Notes under the pieces: model-generated
What the model was told of the DNA's origin: nothing
Seen by the model: the letters and a program-made list of their open reading frames with translations, nothing else
Databases searched by the model: none
Translations under genes and position numbers: made by a program
Part shown: positions 12,201 through 24,544 of the stretch, piece by piece
Position numbering within the stretch: position 1 is the stretch's first letter
Layout of the letters: every line of letters starts with the position of its first letter
DNA from: Eledone cirrhosa
Lineage: Eukaryota
Direction: 5' to 3'
Assembly: GCA_964016885.1 (NCBI GenBank)
Contig: OZ024743.1
Location: 368,714,001 to 368,778,000 of the forward strand
DNA length: 64,000 bases

Positions 12201-13615
12201 GGGGTGGAAATAGAGATGTGGTGTATTGAGTGGAGATAGAGGTGTGGTGTATTGAGTGGAGATAGAGGTGGGGTGTATTGAGTGGAGATAGAGGTGGGGT
12301 GTATTGAGTGGAGATATAGGTGTGGTGGAAATAGAGGTGTGGTGTATTGAGTGGAGATAGAGGTGTGGTGGAAATAGAGGTGTGGTGTATTGAGTGGAGA
12401 TAGAGGTGTGGTGTATTGAGTGGAGATAGAGGTGGGGTGTATTGAGTGGAGATAGAGGTGGGGTGTATTGAGTGGAGATAGAGGTGTGGTGTGGTGTATT
12501 GAGTGGAAATAGAGGTGCGGTGGAAATAGAGGTGGGGTGTATTGAGTGGAGATAGAGGTGTGGTGTATTGAGTGGAGATAGAGGTGGGGTGTATTGAGTG
12601 GAGATAGAGGTGTGGTGTATTGAGTGGAGATAGAGGTGGGGTGTATTGAGTGGAGATAGAGGTGTGGTGTATTGAGTGGAGATATAGGTGTGGTGTATTG
12701 AGTGGAGATAGAGGTGTGGTGTATTGAGTGGAGATAGAGGTGTGGTGTATTGAGTAGAGATAGAGGTGTGGTGTATTGAGTAGAGATAGAGGTGGGGTGT
12801 ATTGAGTGGAGATAGAGGTGGGGTGTATTGAATGGAGATAGAGGTGTGGTGTATTGAGTGGAGATAGAGGTGTGGTGTATTGAGTGGAGATATAGGTGTG
12901 GTGTATTGAGTGGAGATAGAGGTGGGGTGTATTAAGTGGAGATATAGGTGTGGTGTATTGAGTGGAGATAGAGGTGGGGTGTATTGAGTGGAGATAGAGG
13001 TGGGGTGTATTGAATGGAGATAGAGGTGGGGTGTATTGAGTGGAGATAGAGGTGGGGTGTATTGAATGGAGATAGAGGTGGGGTGTATTGAGTGGAGATA
13101 GAGGTGGGGTGTATTGAGTGGAGATAGAGGTGTGGTGTATTGAGTGGAAATAGAGGTGGGGTGTATTGAGTAGAGATAGAGGTGGGGTGTATTGAGTGGA
13201 GATAGAGGTGGGGTGTATTGAGTGGAGATAGAGGTGGGGTGTATTGAGTGGAGATAGAGGTGGGGTGTATTGAGTAGAGATAGAGGTGGGGTGTATTGAG
13301 TGGAGATAGAGGTGGGGTGTATTGAATGGAGATAGAGGTGGGGTGTATTGAGTGGAGATAGAGGTGGGGTGTATTGAATGGAGATAGAGGTGTGGTGTAT
13401 TGAGTGGAGATAGAGGTGGGGTGTATTGAGTAGAGATAGAGGTGGGGTGTATTGAGTGGAGATAGAGGTGGGGTGTATTGAATGGAGATAGAGGTGGGGT
13501 GTATTGAGTGGAGATAGAGGTGGGGTGTATTGAGTGGAGATAGAGGTGTGGTGTGGTGTATTGAGTGGAAATAGAGGTGCGGTGGAGATAGAGGTGGGGT
13601 GTATTGAGTGGAGAT
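9257..13615. repeat. Tandem satellite, 26-bp unit (GTATTGAGTGGAGATAGAGGTG[T/G]GGT), roughly 170 copies
   Basis: Direct reading; the 26-aa periodicity of the minus-strand ORF equals 3 x 26 bp; occasional 17-bp and 27-bp variant units. Confidence 0.98.
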
Positions 13616-13859
13616 TATTGTTATTTAGGAAGGGAAATGGCAAAGAGCATTTTCTCAGTCAATGCCTGGACGTGAGTTACTTCCCCTTTATTTTACAGAC
13701 AGAACATGGTGCAGGATATTTAGACCTGTGCTAATGAGAGATGGCAACCTAAGGGTGAGGCACTTGCTCCTTAGTTTACAGATAGGAGAGGATGCAAGAT
13801 ATTTACAACTGCACTGATTAGAAGTGGTAACTGCCTTTCTTCAGTCTTATATTACTACA

Positions 13860-14140
13860 CCTCTGAGACAGGGATCACTGTGTGGAGAGATAAATAATAG
13901 GATGTATTGAATGGTGTTAATGCAGTGGAGAGGAAGATAAACAAATACCAGAGCTTGACCAACTGTTTCCTTTTTGTACCGGTCACCATCACGACCTTTG
14001 GTGTCCTCGGACCCTGCATTACTGATTTCTTCCGCAAAATCAGGACAGCAGCCCACCTGAAGAAAGAGCCACATGAGGTAGGGGTAGCTGTTCCAGCAAG
14101 TGTCGTTGGCCTTCACCGTTCTGTCTGCAGGGCACAGCCT
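13860..14140 (+). mobile_element. CRE-like RLE non-LTR C-terminal fragment
   Basis: AVERKINKYQSLTNCFLFVPVTITTFGVLGP fits the K..KY...F.P..ET.G..G RLE pattern. Confidence 0.6.
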
Positions 14141-14327
14141 AATCACTGCTCAGACTCTCCCTTTCTTTCATTACTTAATCCTCTTTTTTCTTTTTCTTCA
14201 TTTTTTTTGTTTCATTTAAATATTTCTTTCCCATACTTTCATTAGTTATTATTAATTGTTTTTGTTTTTTTTGTTATTGTAAACATTGTATAATTTAATT
14301 GAAACTTGTTGAATAAAGTTATAACTT

Positions 14328-14557
14328 ATATGTGGTTAGAATATCTCAGGAAAGAATCAGTTGACAGATTTTATGGTTGACAAACCAACTGACAGGAGAC
14401 CCAGTGTTAGACCTTAAGCAAGATGGTTTGATAACATCCATGCATCTGGCTGGTCTCACTTGGGGATCAAGCTAGATCAATTGGAGATGGTTCCTTTTAA
14501 CAGGACCTGCTGGAAGCCATGCTTGAGGACTTTTCCTCCACAACTAGTCCAGGGCAA
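14328..14557 (+). mobile_element. Short RTE-like 3' end repeat with (GAA)n tail
   Basis: Homologous to 28430-28763, 44870-45150, 56040-56735 (interrupted) and 36705-36890 (minus). Confidence 0.65.
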
Positions 14558-14690
14558 AGAAGAAGAAGAAGAAGAAGAAGAAGAAGAAGAAGAAGAAGAA
14601 CAACAACAACAACAACAACAACAAAAACAAAAACAAAAACAAAAACAAAAACAAAAACAAAAACAAAAACAGCAGCAGCAGCAGCAGCAA
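14558..14690. repeat. Compound microsatellite (GAA)n(CAA)n(CAAAAA)n(CAG)n
   Basis: Direct reading. Confidence 0.95.
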
Positions 14691-15119
14691 CTCACAGCAC
14701 TTTGAATACAACTATGTATTCATATTACATGCCTGAAAAGTGTTCATGTTTTATTTACAGACAAACTGAGGAACATGATCTACAACTGCAAGCATGCCAA
14801 TGGTGATTATAGTATAAAGAAATATTTATAAAGACTGATGAATTTACACTAGAAAATTATTTATTACAACCCATTTTTAATATATTTTTCTATATATTCT
14901 ATGTTTATCCTCATTAGAATACATGAGGGAATAATATTTAAAATCCAAGTTGAATCCAAATCAAATAAATATTTATTTTCTTGTGTTTTTAATGTCTCAT
15001 AAAAGTCTTAACTGACCCAAACACTTATTTATACATTGGCTTACTAATACTCTAGACTAACACTAATTAACATAACATTAACCAGCTAGTATTTAATACT
15101 GATTTTAGTTAATAAAAAA

Positions 15120-18100
15120 ACACTAGGCAGCGACTGGAGAGTATTTAAAGGACATCACTTTCACAAATGGATATTCTTTTAATTATACCCACTGAAGACA
15201 CCTTTTATTTGAATTTGTAGAGATATCTGACTAAATACTAAATACATTTTAAAACGATTTGCTACAAGCAATACAACTGAATACAACATCAACAGCATTA
15301 GTGGAGAACCAAAGAAAAACAATGAGAAAGGTAACAAAATTTCTTCAGTTGTAGCTACAGAAGGAATTGAAATTATAAATTGCATTTTTCTTGGAGTTAT
15401 GAACTTAATAATGATTATTCAATTGTTATAAAATGGCAAAAAAAGATCCCTCTGTTGGCTATATGAACAGAATGAAGCTATTCTGGGATGAAATACATCC
15501 AGAACTAAATCACTTCACAGCCATACAATTATGCCAACAAGCAACGCTTGTTAGACGTAAAAATAACATGAATATCATTCATTGTAAGTCCTCCAATCAA
15601 CAACACATGTTGTTACTAGACTTTCTAGCAGCCAGGGTGAACATCAACAAACAACAGCAATACACAAACAGTCTCTTGAAACAACCAGGCTGGTAAAAAA
15701 TTTTACATCACATGTATCAACTAATTTCATCTTGACTGCTATGGAATCTCACAGCCACATTGATCAACATCAAAGCACTGTCAATAATGATATGTCTGCC
15801 ATTAGCTGGGAAAATCAAGTGTATAAACAAATGAAATATACCGTCAGTGAAACTTTCCAGAGAGAAATTAATTTGTGTATAAACATTTCTCTCGCGGAAT
15901 TATATAAAACAGCAATACTAAACAAAAAGAAACTAAATAATGAAATTCTGCGTATTATTGATGAAATTTTGGGTGAATCATCATCATCATCATCATCACT
16001 GTTTTATGTCCATTTTTCCACGCTAGACAAATTGAAGCCCCTAGATTTTGGTAAATCAACGTCTGTTTATATGTCCTGGCAAATAAGAGTGAAACATTAT
16101 CTTGGTGATAACAGAAATGTTAACAAGAACAAAACACCACCAAAAACACCATCATATATTACTAAAATAGAAGAAAAAAAGATAGCTGACCTATGGAAAA
16201 CTGTAGGATATGTGGCAATGCTTTCCACATGCAAACAAAAACAAAAAAACTTCACTCCTCACCAACAAAGAGAGAAAAATAAAATAGAAACAATGTTTGG
16301 AGACGGTACAACCAGAACTCTTCAATACAAGTCGATCACCCTCAAGCAAAAATTGAGTGCTATCAATACCAGAAGAGGGTAGCTGAAAAAAAAATTAATA
16401 AAAGATTCAGACAAAACCAAACATCAGTCTATAGAGATATGAGGGGCAAAGTAATAAATGTCACTGAGGCCTCATGCCAGAAAGACAGATTTCTTCTGGA
16501 GAAAAATAGCGGATGAAAAGAAGAATTTCAGAAAAGATGCAGTGTGGCTAGAAGAAATCCAAAATAACTACTGCACCTACACTACAACAAAAACATACAG
16601 CATCAATGATGATACCCTTGAGACTGTGATAGGAAAACTCCAAGAAGAAAACACCAGGAAGCGACATAATTGTCAGCTACTGATACAAAAAACTGACTTT
16701 CTATTGGATATATCTTATAAACCTCTACCAACAAGCTCTCAAGGAAGATACACATATACCAGAATGGTTGACATTAGCACAAATAATATTGGTCCCCAAC
16801 AAAGTCACTCACTTGGCAAAAAAATACTGACCCATTTCATGCCAGAACCTAATGTATAAAATTTATACAGCCAGCCGGGACCTATTTCTCCAAGATCACT
16901 GTGACAATAATAACATCATCACAGATTAGCAAGCAGCTGGGAAGAAAGGTGTTTGGGGGTGCGCTGAACAACTCCTAATTAGCAAAACTGCGATGTCAGA
17001 GGTCAGGCAACATTGGAGGAATGTGATTACAGTCTAGCATTTGATTCTGTTCCCCACTCATGGATGATAGAAGCTCTCCAACTTGCTAAAGTCCCAGACA
17101 TTATTATCAGAGCCATAGAGAAGCTGTCTAATTTTTGGGTTACTATCCTAAAGTTAAAAACAGAGAAGGATATCTCAAAGGATATAGGAATGAAGTTTGG
17201 CCAGGATAAATGTTCATATATGACTGTGAAGCAAGGAAAAATTATAACCCCATCTAGCAACATTTTTATCTATGGCTTAACTGTTTCACCGATATCTGAC
17301 GAAGACTGCTACAGATACCAGGGAATAGATGAAAATATAACCTATGATGGTATCTGTAACAAAGAACATGTAACCAGGGAATATTACACCTGATTAAGAA
17401 AAATATGGAGATCTGAAATCTCTGCGCATAATGCACAGTAAAATAATAGCTCACAATGTGTTTGCTGTGCCTGTCCTAACACTAATATTTGGAATACTTG
17501 ATTGGACAATAGATAAAGTCCGAGCTATTGATATTAAAACCCCCAGAATTCTAAACAACACCAGAAATTTCCACATCAACTGTGACATAGACTGCCTCTA
17601 TCTGAAACATAAACAGGGAGGCTGAGGCCTAACATCAGCCCATACAGCATTTGAGTGTTGTATCATATCCCTCTGACAACATCTATGAACAACCAAGCAT
17701 AGGAGCCCATCCATTGAGCAAGTCTGTTGTCTACATGAGGCAGATAAGATCATGAGAGTTGGAAAGGAGCTCCTTGAGAAATACTCTCTGCATGACAATC
17801 AAACACTCACACCCAGGGAAATTGCCCAACAATACTGCAGCGAATCTATGGATAAAAAACCATGCTTATAAGCAAAAAAATCATGTTGCCAGGAGGCTCC
17901 AGAGTGAGAGTAATATAACCAAAGTAGTCTAGCTTGGACCAACAACCGCTATATTGGTTCTTACTTTGAAGGATATGCTTTTACATTCCAACATCAGGAA
18001 ATTAATACAAAATACCTGGTTCACAAAGAAGTTAGGGATGCAGGCAAAACCTCTAAATGTGACAACAAATGAGACTCTGCGGAATTAACATCGAAGATGT

Positions 18101-18890
18101 CACCCATGTCATATTCAGTTATCCAAAGGTGTCATCACGGTACTATCTACCTATGAGACATGATGTAGTGGCCAAAACACTAAACAATGCAATCCGTAGA
18201 AAAGATAGCCCCAGCAATAAACATATTGAAAGTTACAACAATGTGGAAGACATATACATGAAATAGTACTGCTGGAATGTTCCAGTAAAAATCCCAATAA
18301 AGTGCAAGCATAACAGACCAGATATTATGATATGGGACAGGGAAAAGAAGTCATGTACAATAGTGGAAGTCAGCTGCCCAGCAGATACCAATATAATATT
18401 AAAGATTAGCAAAAATGAGAACATCTTTGCAGAACTAATGAGGAATCTACAGATTCTCCACCATATCTATGCTTTCAGATGTTCACTTGTGGTCATTGGG
18501 GCTTTGGGATATGTTAGTAACTGCCTCAGCGCAAAGTTTGAAAAGCTGGGTTTTGCAGAACCAGAAAGAACACGAGTAGTTAGGAAATTACAAGTTCAAA
18601 CCATTAATGGAACAGTAAAAATATATAAAACGTTCCAAAAATCCTGCATGTAATAATTGCATGTACACATGTACAGATACAAAACATATACACATGTATA
18701 CATATAACTCAAAGAATACAGATCCACACATGCAATAACATCCATACCTGCACACACATGCATGCATGCAGATAAGCATATATATTTACCTAGTTGTCTA
18801 AATTCCAATGAAAGAGTCTTGTATCTATGTTAGAAACTGGCTCTCTCTCTCTATTGATAAAAAATTATAAAATATTGAAACAAGAACACA
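15120..18890 (+). mobile_element. R4-clade non-LTR retrotransposon copy A, near full length, decayed, RT core deleted
   Basis: N-terminal CYKMAKKDPSVGYMNRMKLFWDEIHPE; RT remnant AFDSVPHSW; RLE motifs RHD, NRPDIMIW, IVEVSCP, VIGALG; 3' UTR shared with copy B. Confidence 0.85.
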
Positions 18891-19002
18891 CTTACATAGA
18901 TACATATATACTCACATACATACACACATACATACATACACACATACATACACACATACATTCACACATATATACATACACATACATACATACACACAAA
19001 CA

Positions 19003-21312
19003 TTACTGGTCCCCAAGAACAAAGACACCCGCTTGGCAAAAAACTACCAACCCATTGCATGCCAGAACCTGATGTATACGATGTATACAGCCTGCCTGAA
19101 CCCATTCCTCCAAGATCACTGTGAAAATAATAACATCATCACAGATGAACAAGCAGCTGGAAAGAAAGGGGTTTGGGGATGTACTGAACACCTCCTAATC
19201 AACAGAACTGCGATGTTGGAGGTGCAACAACTTAGGAGGAATATGGCTACAGTCTGGCTGGACTACATGAAAGCTTTCGATTTTGTTCCCCACTCTTGGA
19301 TGATAGAGGCCCTTCAACTTGCTAAATTCCCAGACATTGCCATAGAGAAGCTGTCTTTTCCTTGGGCTACTATCCTAAAGTTAAAAACAGAGAAGGAGGA
19401 CTCTATTTTCACTGATAAAATAGAATATCACAGGGGTATATTTCAAGGAGACAGTCTCTCTATGATACTATTTATCCTGTCATTAAACCCATTGTCCTTT
19501 CTGCTCAAGAAATGTGAAGGATACATCATTGGCTCACAGGAGGACAAAAATACAAACTTAACCCATAATTTCTTTGTAGCTGACCTGAAACTCTATGCCA
19601 AGAGCATAAATGGGATGAAGAAAAATCTTGACCTGGTTACAACATTCTCAAAGGATATAGGAATGGCGTTTGGCCAAGATAAATGTTCATATATGACTGT
19701 GAAGCAAGGAAAAACTACAACCCAATCTAGCAACATTTGTATCAATGGCCTAACTGTTTCACCAATATCTGTTGAGGACTGCTACAGATACCAGGGAATA
19801 GATGAGAAAATATTCTATAATGGTATCTGCAATAAGGAACGAGTAACCAGGGAATATTACACCCGATTACGAAAAATATGGTCATCGGAACTCTCTGCAT
19901 ACAATAAAACAGTGGTTCGCAATGTGTTTGCTGTGCCTGTCCTAACACCAACATTTGGAATACTCAATTGGACGATAAACAAAATCCGAGCAATTGATGT
20001 TAGGACTCGAAAAATACTAAACAAAACAGGAAACTTCCACATCAACAGTGACATAGACTGCCTCTACTTGAAACGTAAGCAGGGAGGCAGAGGCCTAACA
20101 TCAGTCCAGACAGCATTTGAATGTCGCATCATATCTCTCCGACAACATTTACGAGCCTCGAAGCATAGGAGACCATCTATCAAGCAAGTCTATCTGCATT
20201 AGACAGATAAGATCATGAGAGTTGGGAAGGAATTTCTTGAAAGATATTCCCTGCGTGATAATCAAAAACTCACTCCCAGGAAAGTTGCGCAGCAGTACCG
20301 CAGTGAATCCATGGATGAAAAACTGCATGCTTATCAGCAAAAAATCATGCATGGATATGTTGCCAGGAAGCTCCAGAGTGTGAGTAATATAGATAAAGAA
20401 AGTAGTCTATCTTGGACCAACAACCTCTATATTTGAAGGATATGCTTTTGCAATCCAAGAACAGGAAATCAACACAAAATACCTGATTCACAAAAGAGAT
20501 AGGAATGGAGGCAAAACACCTAGATGTGACAAGTGCAGACTCTGCGGAATTAACATCGAAGATGTCACCCATGTCATAAGCAGCTGTCCAAAGATGTCAT
20601 TGAGGTACTATCTACCTATGAGGCATGAAACACTGTACAATGCAATCTGTAGAAAAGATAATATACACATTAAAAGCTACAGCAATGTGGAAGACATACA
20701 TATACATAATAGGAAAAAGTACTGGTGGAATGTTCCAGTAAAAACCCTAATAAAATGCAGGTATAACAGACTAGATATAATGATATGGAACATGGAAAAG
20801 AAGTCATGCACAATAGTGGAAGTTAGCTGCCAAGCAGATGCCAATATAATATCAAAGATTAATGAAAAGGAGAATATTTATGCAGAACTAATGAGAAATC
20901 TGAAGATACTCAACCCTGACTATACCTTCAGATTTATGCCTGTGATTATTGGGGCACTGGGGTATGTTAGTAATGCCTCAATACAAATCTTGAGCAGCTG
21001 GGCTTCACAGAAACAGAAAGAACATGACTAGTTAGGAAATTAAAAGTACAATCCATTAATGGAACAGTAAAAATGTGTAAAACATTCCAAAAATGTTGCA
21101 ACTAATAACTGCATATACACATGTACAGATACAAAGCATATGCACATGCACACATACAACTCAAAACATACAATAACATCCTTACTGGCAGACATGCACA
21201 CATATCTACCTAGATGATATTGTGTAAATTCCAATGAGAGAGTCTTGTATCTATGTTAGAAACTGACTCTCTCTCTATTGGAAATAATTTGTGATATTAT
21301 AAAACCAGAAGA
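19003..21312 (+). mobile_element. R4-clade non-LTR retrotransposon copy B, 5'-truncated, RT plus RLE
   Basis: 389-aa ORF 19033-20202 with YQPIAC, WLDYMKAFD, GIFQGDSLS, FFVADLKLY (catalytic DD appears as AD) and GGRGL; RLE in 20594-21031. Confidence 0.92.
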
Positions 21313-21336
21313 ATATACATAAATATATGCATGCAT

Positions 21337-21370
<34 letters not shown>

Positions 21371-21583
21371 TTCGTTTCTGAATTTGTTTAGCAAGATTCT
21401 TTATCTGAAATCGTGTGTTGAAACCGATATTGTTATACTTTGGGAGGGTCATGTTGCCAATAAGAAACACACGCACCAGTTGCTTTCACTTCAATTTATT
21501 ATAATAAATTTATAATAAATTTATAAATTTATAAATTTCTGGTTGGTTGGTTGGTTCCACAACCAGATAGTTGTTTATATATT

Positions 21584-21626
21584 GTCATAGTTCTTTCGTC
21601 ACACACTCTGTGACCTCTTCAGTGAC
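21584..21626 (-). ncRNA. Minimal type I hammerhead ribozyme motif (mirror copy in the left arm)
   Basis: Reverse complement of 22018-22060. Confidence 0.75.
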
Positions 21627-22017
21627 TGGGGATTCCTTTCTTTGTTTCTGTGTCTCTCCTTTGTTCTGTCCTACGCCATTTTGTTTCTGTGTGTGTGTTG
21701 TGTGCTCAGTCTGCGCATGCGCCACATCCGGGTGTCTGTGTGTGTTTATGTTCATTTATTTATTTGATTATTTACATGTTACTGGTTGGTTGTTTGTTCT
21801 ATGTGTGTGTGTGTGTTTTCATTTTGTCCTTAATTGTAAGTTGTGATGTTGCTGTTCCACTCATATTTTCTATTTAATTTAATTTTTACTTAATTTAATT
21901 TTGATTTTTAATTTTGATGTGGCGCATGCGCAGACTGAGCACACAACACACACACAGAAACAAAATGGCGTAGGACAGAACAAAGGAGAGACACAGAAAC
22001 AAAGAAAGGAATCCCCA

Positions 22018-22060
22018 GTCACTGAAGAGGTCACAGAGTGTGTGACGAAAGAACTATGAC
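22018..22060 (+). ncRNA. Minimal type I hammerhead ribozyme motif
   Basis: GUCA-CUGAAGA-G-GUCACA-GAGUG-UGUGAC-GAAA-GAAC-UA-UGAC: helix I GUCA/UGAC, 6-bp helix II, conserved core. Confidence 0.75.
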
Positions 22061-22281
22061 AATATATAAACAACTATCTGGTTGTGGAACCAACCAACCA
22101 ACCAGAAATTTATAAATTTATAAATTTATTATAAATTTATTATAATAAATTGAAGTGAAAGCAACTGGTGCGTGTGTTTCTTATTGGCAACATGACCCTC
22201 CCAAAGTATAACAATATATATATATATATATATATATAACCGGTCCAAGCAGTGAAACCCATGCTAGTTCCATCAACTTAT

Positions 22282-22315
<34 letters not shown>

Positions 22316-22332
22316 ATAAGTTGATATATATA

Positions 22333-22745
22333 TCATCATCATCATCATCATCATCATTTTATGTCCGCTTTTCCCTGCTTGCAAGGGTGGGACGGGAACT
22401 GATTCTGGCTTGATTTCTACAGCTGGATGCCCTTCCTAACACCAACCTCATTTACAGTGAGTGCTGGGTGTTTTTTTGCCGTGGGACCTCCACGTCCACT
22501 TTACAGTGAGTGCTGGGTGCTTTTTTGCCATGGCACCTACATGTCCACTTTGCAGTGGAATGATATGGACTCCAGACCTATCATCTCATTTCTACAGCTG
22601 AGTAAACTGGAGCAATGTGAAATAAAGTGTCTTGCTCAAGGAAACAACACATCACCTGGTCTGAGAATTGAACTCACAACCTTTCGATTGCAAGTCCAAT
22701 GCTCTAACCACTAAGCCATGTGCCTCCATTAGCCATGTGCCTCCA
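22333..22745 (-). mobile_element. tRNA-derived SINE (family B) with RTE-type (TGA)n tail
   Basis: Reverse complement of the 30608-30950 family; A box TGGCTTAGTGG, B box GTTCAATTC, core TTTCCTTGAGCAAGACAC. Confidence 0.88.
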
Positions 22746-22779
22746 TATACATATATATATTTATTAAAATAACAGATTA

Positions 22780-23950
22780 AATTTTAAGCAAAGAATCGCT
22801 GCTTTCACCCATAAGAGGACCTTCTAAAACTAAAAAAAAATCAATCTGTGAATGCAAAAGTAAATATTTTGAAAAACGTTGCAACCGAAGGAAAACAGGA
22901 AGACAATACTTTGGTTTGTGAAGACGTTCTCTGGCAATGAACAGAAAAAAGCGAACATAATACATCATTATGTGGAGTGATGAGAACAAATACACGCAAA
23001 GACAAAACCACGTTTATGGTATAAAAGGAGTCACAGACTAATATTCTATTTAGGAAACCGAATGATTCTTGGCTTCGGAGTTAAGAAAAATGTAAATAAA
23101 TTAGTTGAACAAAAATAACAGAGGTTATTAAAATCAAAAAAGTAATAATAATTAAATATATACATACACGCATCTATATACCTGCATACGCGAAAACACA
23201 CACCATACATACATATACATGCACATACACATGAACATATGCACACGTATGTAAACCCGGCGTGACACATATACCCGCACACATACAAATGTATACACAC
23301 ACACACATATATATGTGTGTGTGTGTGTATAAATATAATCATATATACATGTATAAATATAATCATATATACACGCATGACCAGTTAATTTTATTTTTCA
23401 TTTTTTGTCGATTCTATTGAATGATGAATAGCTCCTGTTTATTTTAACATGTCTATCGAGCACTCTTATTCGATATGTGTATTCCACATTACCGATTATC
23501 TTTCGCGAATATAGAGATTATCTCCCTTGCTGGACTCCATGTGCGTCTAGCTATAGTTAATTTCTTCATTCGTCGGACATGGCCCGTTGATAAAGTTGTT
23601 CCGGTCCCTCCTCTCCCTAGAAGTCTTATATATTTTTATGTGGGCTGATAGGGGGCGGATTAAGGAATAGCAGAAACCCAAGAAGCTAGATTTACCACCT
23701 TTCTAGTGGGTCCGGGTAAGTTTTTTACATTCATATGAATTATTTATTTATTGATATTTTATCTGAGTGACCCGAATCTTCCTAGTCGTTATTTTTCGGC
23801 TGCACGGGTGATTTTAGGCATAATCTTTGTGTGTTGGTATCTTAACGATAGTTATAGCTCTGATTTATCTGAATTATTGAGCCCTCTGCCACTCATGTCG
23901 GATTTTGTTTATCGTAAATTCGTGAGCTGATTTTCCGATACTCGATTATT
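22780..23950. promoter_or_regulatory. CpG-enriched non-repeat island; candidate promoter or 5' non-coding exon with splice donor CGG|GTAAGT at ~23716
   Basis: Visibly more CpG than the flanks, GC-box GGGGCGG at ~23652, strong donor consensus; no ORF of known type. Confidence 0.4.
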
Positions 23951-23951
23951 C

Positions 23952-23992
<41 letters not shown>

Positions 23993-24099
23993 CATATATA
24001 CATGTATACATACATATACATAAACATACACATATATATAAATATCTATTTAAATCCACACACGCACATATATTTACATATATATATATATATATATGT

Positions 24100-24517
24100 G
24101 AAGGCACATGGCTTAGTGGCTAGAAAGGTTGTGAGTTCAATTCTTGGACAGTGTGGTATGTTGTTTCCTTGAGCAAGACACTTTATTTCACATTTTTCCA
24201 GTTTACTCAGCTGTAGAAATGAGATGATAGGACTGGGGTTCCCTATCATTCCACTGTAAAGTGGTCATGGAGGTGCCACGGCAAAAAAGCACCCTGCCAA
24301 CACTGTAAAAGTGGATGTGGAGGTGCCACGGAAAAAAAGCACCCAGCACTCACTGTAAATGAGGTTGGTGTTAGGGAAGGCATCCAGCTATAGAAATCAA
24401 GCCAGAATCAGTTCCCGTATGAGCAAGACAAGGTCAGCCGACCAGACATTGCCCACAACAGGACAACCCGTCTAACCCATGCTAGCATGGAGAACGGGCG
24501 TAAAACGGTGATGATGA
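24100..24517 (+). mobile_element. tRNA-derived SINE (family B)
   Basis: GAAGGCACATGGCTTAGTGG...GAGTTCAATTC...TTTCCTTGAGCAAGACAC...CCCATGCTAGCATGG...(TGA)n. Confidence 0.88.
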
Positions 24518-24544
24518 TACATGCATATATATATGTATATATAT

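Larger units (their letters stand above)
21427..22217. repeat. Inverted repeat: 302-bp arms 21427-21728 and 21916-22217 with a 187-bp spacer; probable inverted pseudo-LTRs of a Penelope-like element
   Basis: Arms read as reverse complements with no mismatch seen; ORFs 21571+ and 22073- share the same N-terminal peptide; each arm carries a hammerhead motif. Confidence 0.9.

Noticed and set aside
9228-13643. 1471-aa ORF as a real gene
   Set aside because: It is the translation of a 26-bp unit (not a multiple of 3) whose C-rich strand lacks stops; there are no unique domains and indel variants do not preserve frame
14460-14806. Poly-E/Q/K or poly-R/T ORFs and a possible acceptor at ~14760
   Set aside because: Microsatellite translation; the downstream reading is short and has no recognisable homology
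19033-20202. Active reverse transcriptase gene
   Set aside because: 5'-truncated, the catalytic motif reads FVAD, and stops and frameshifts follow
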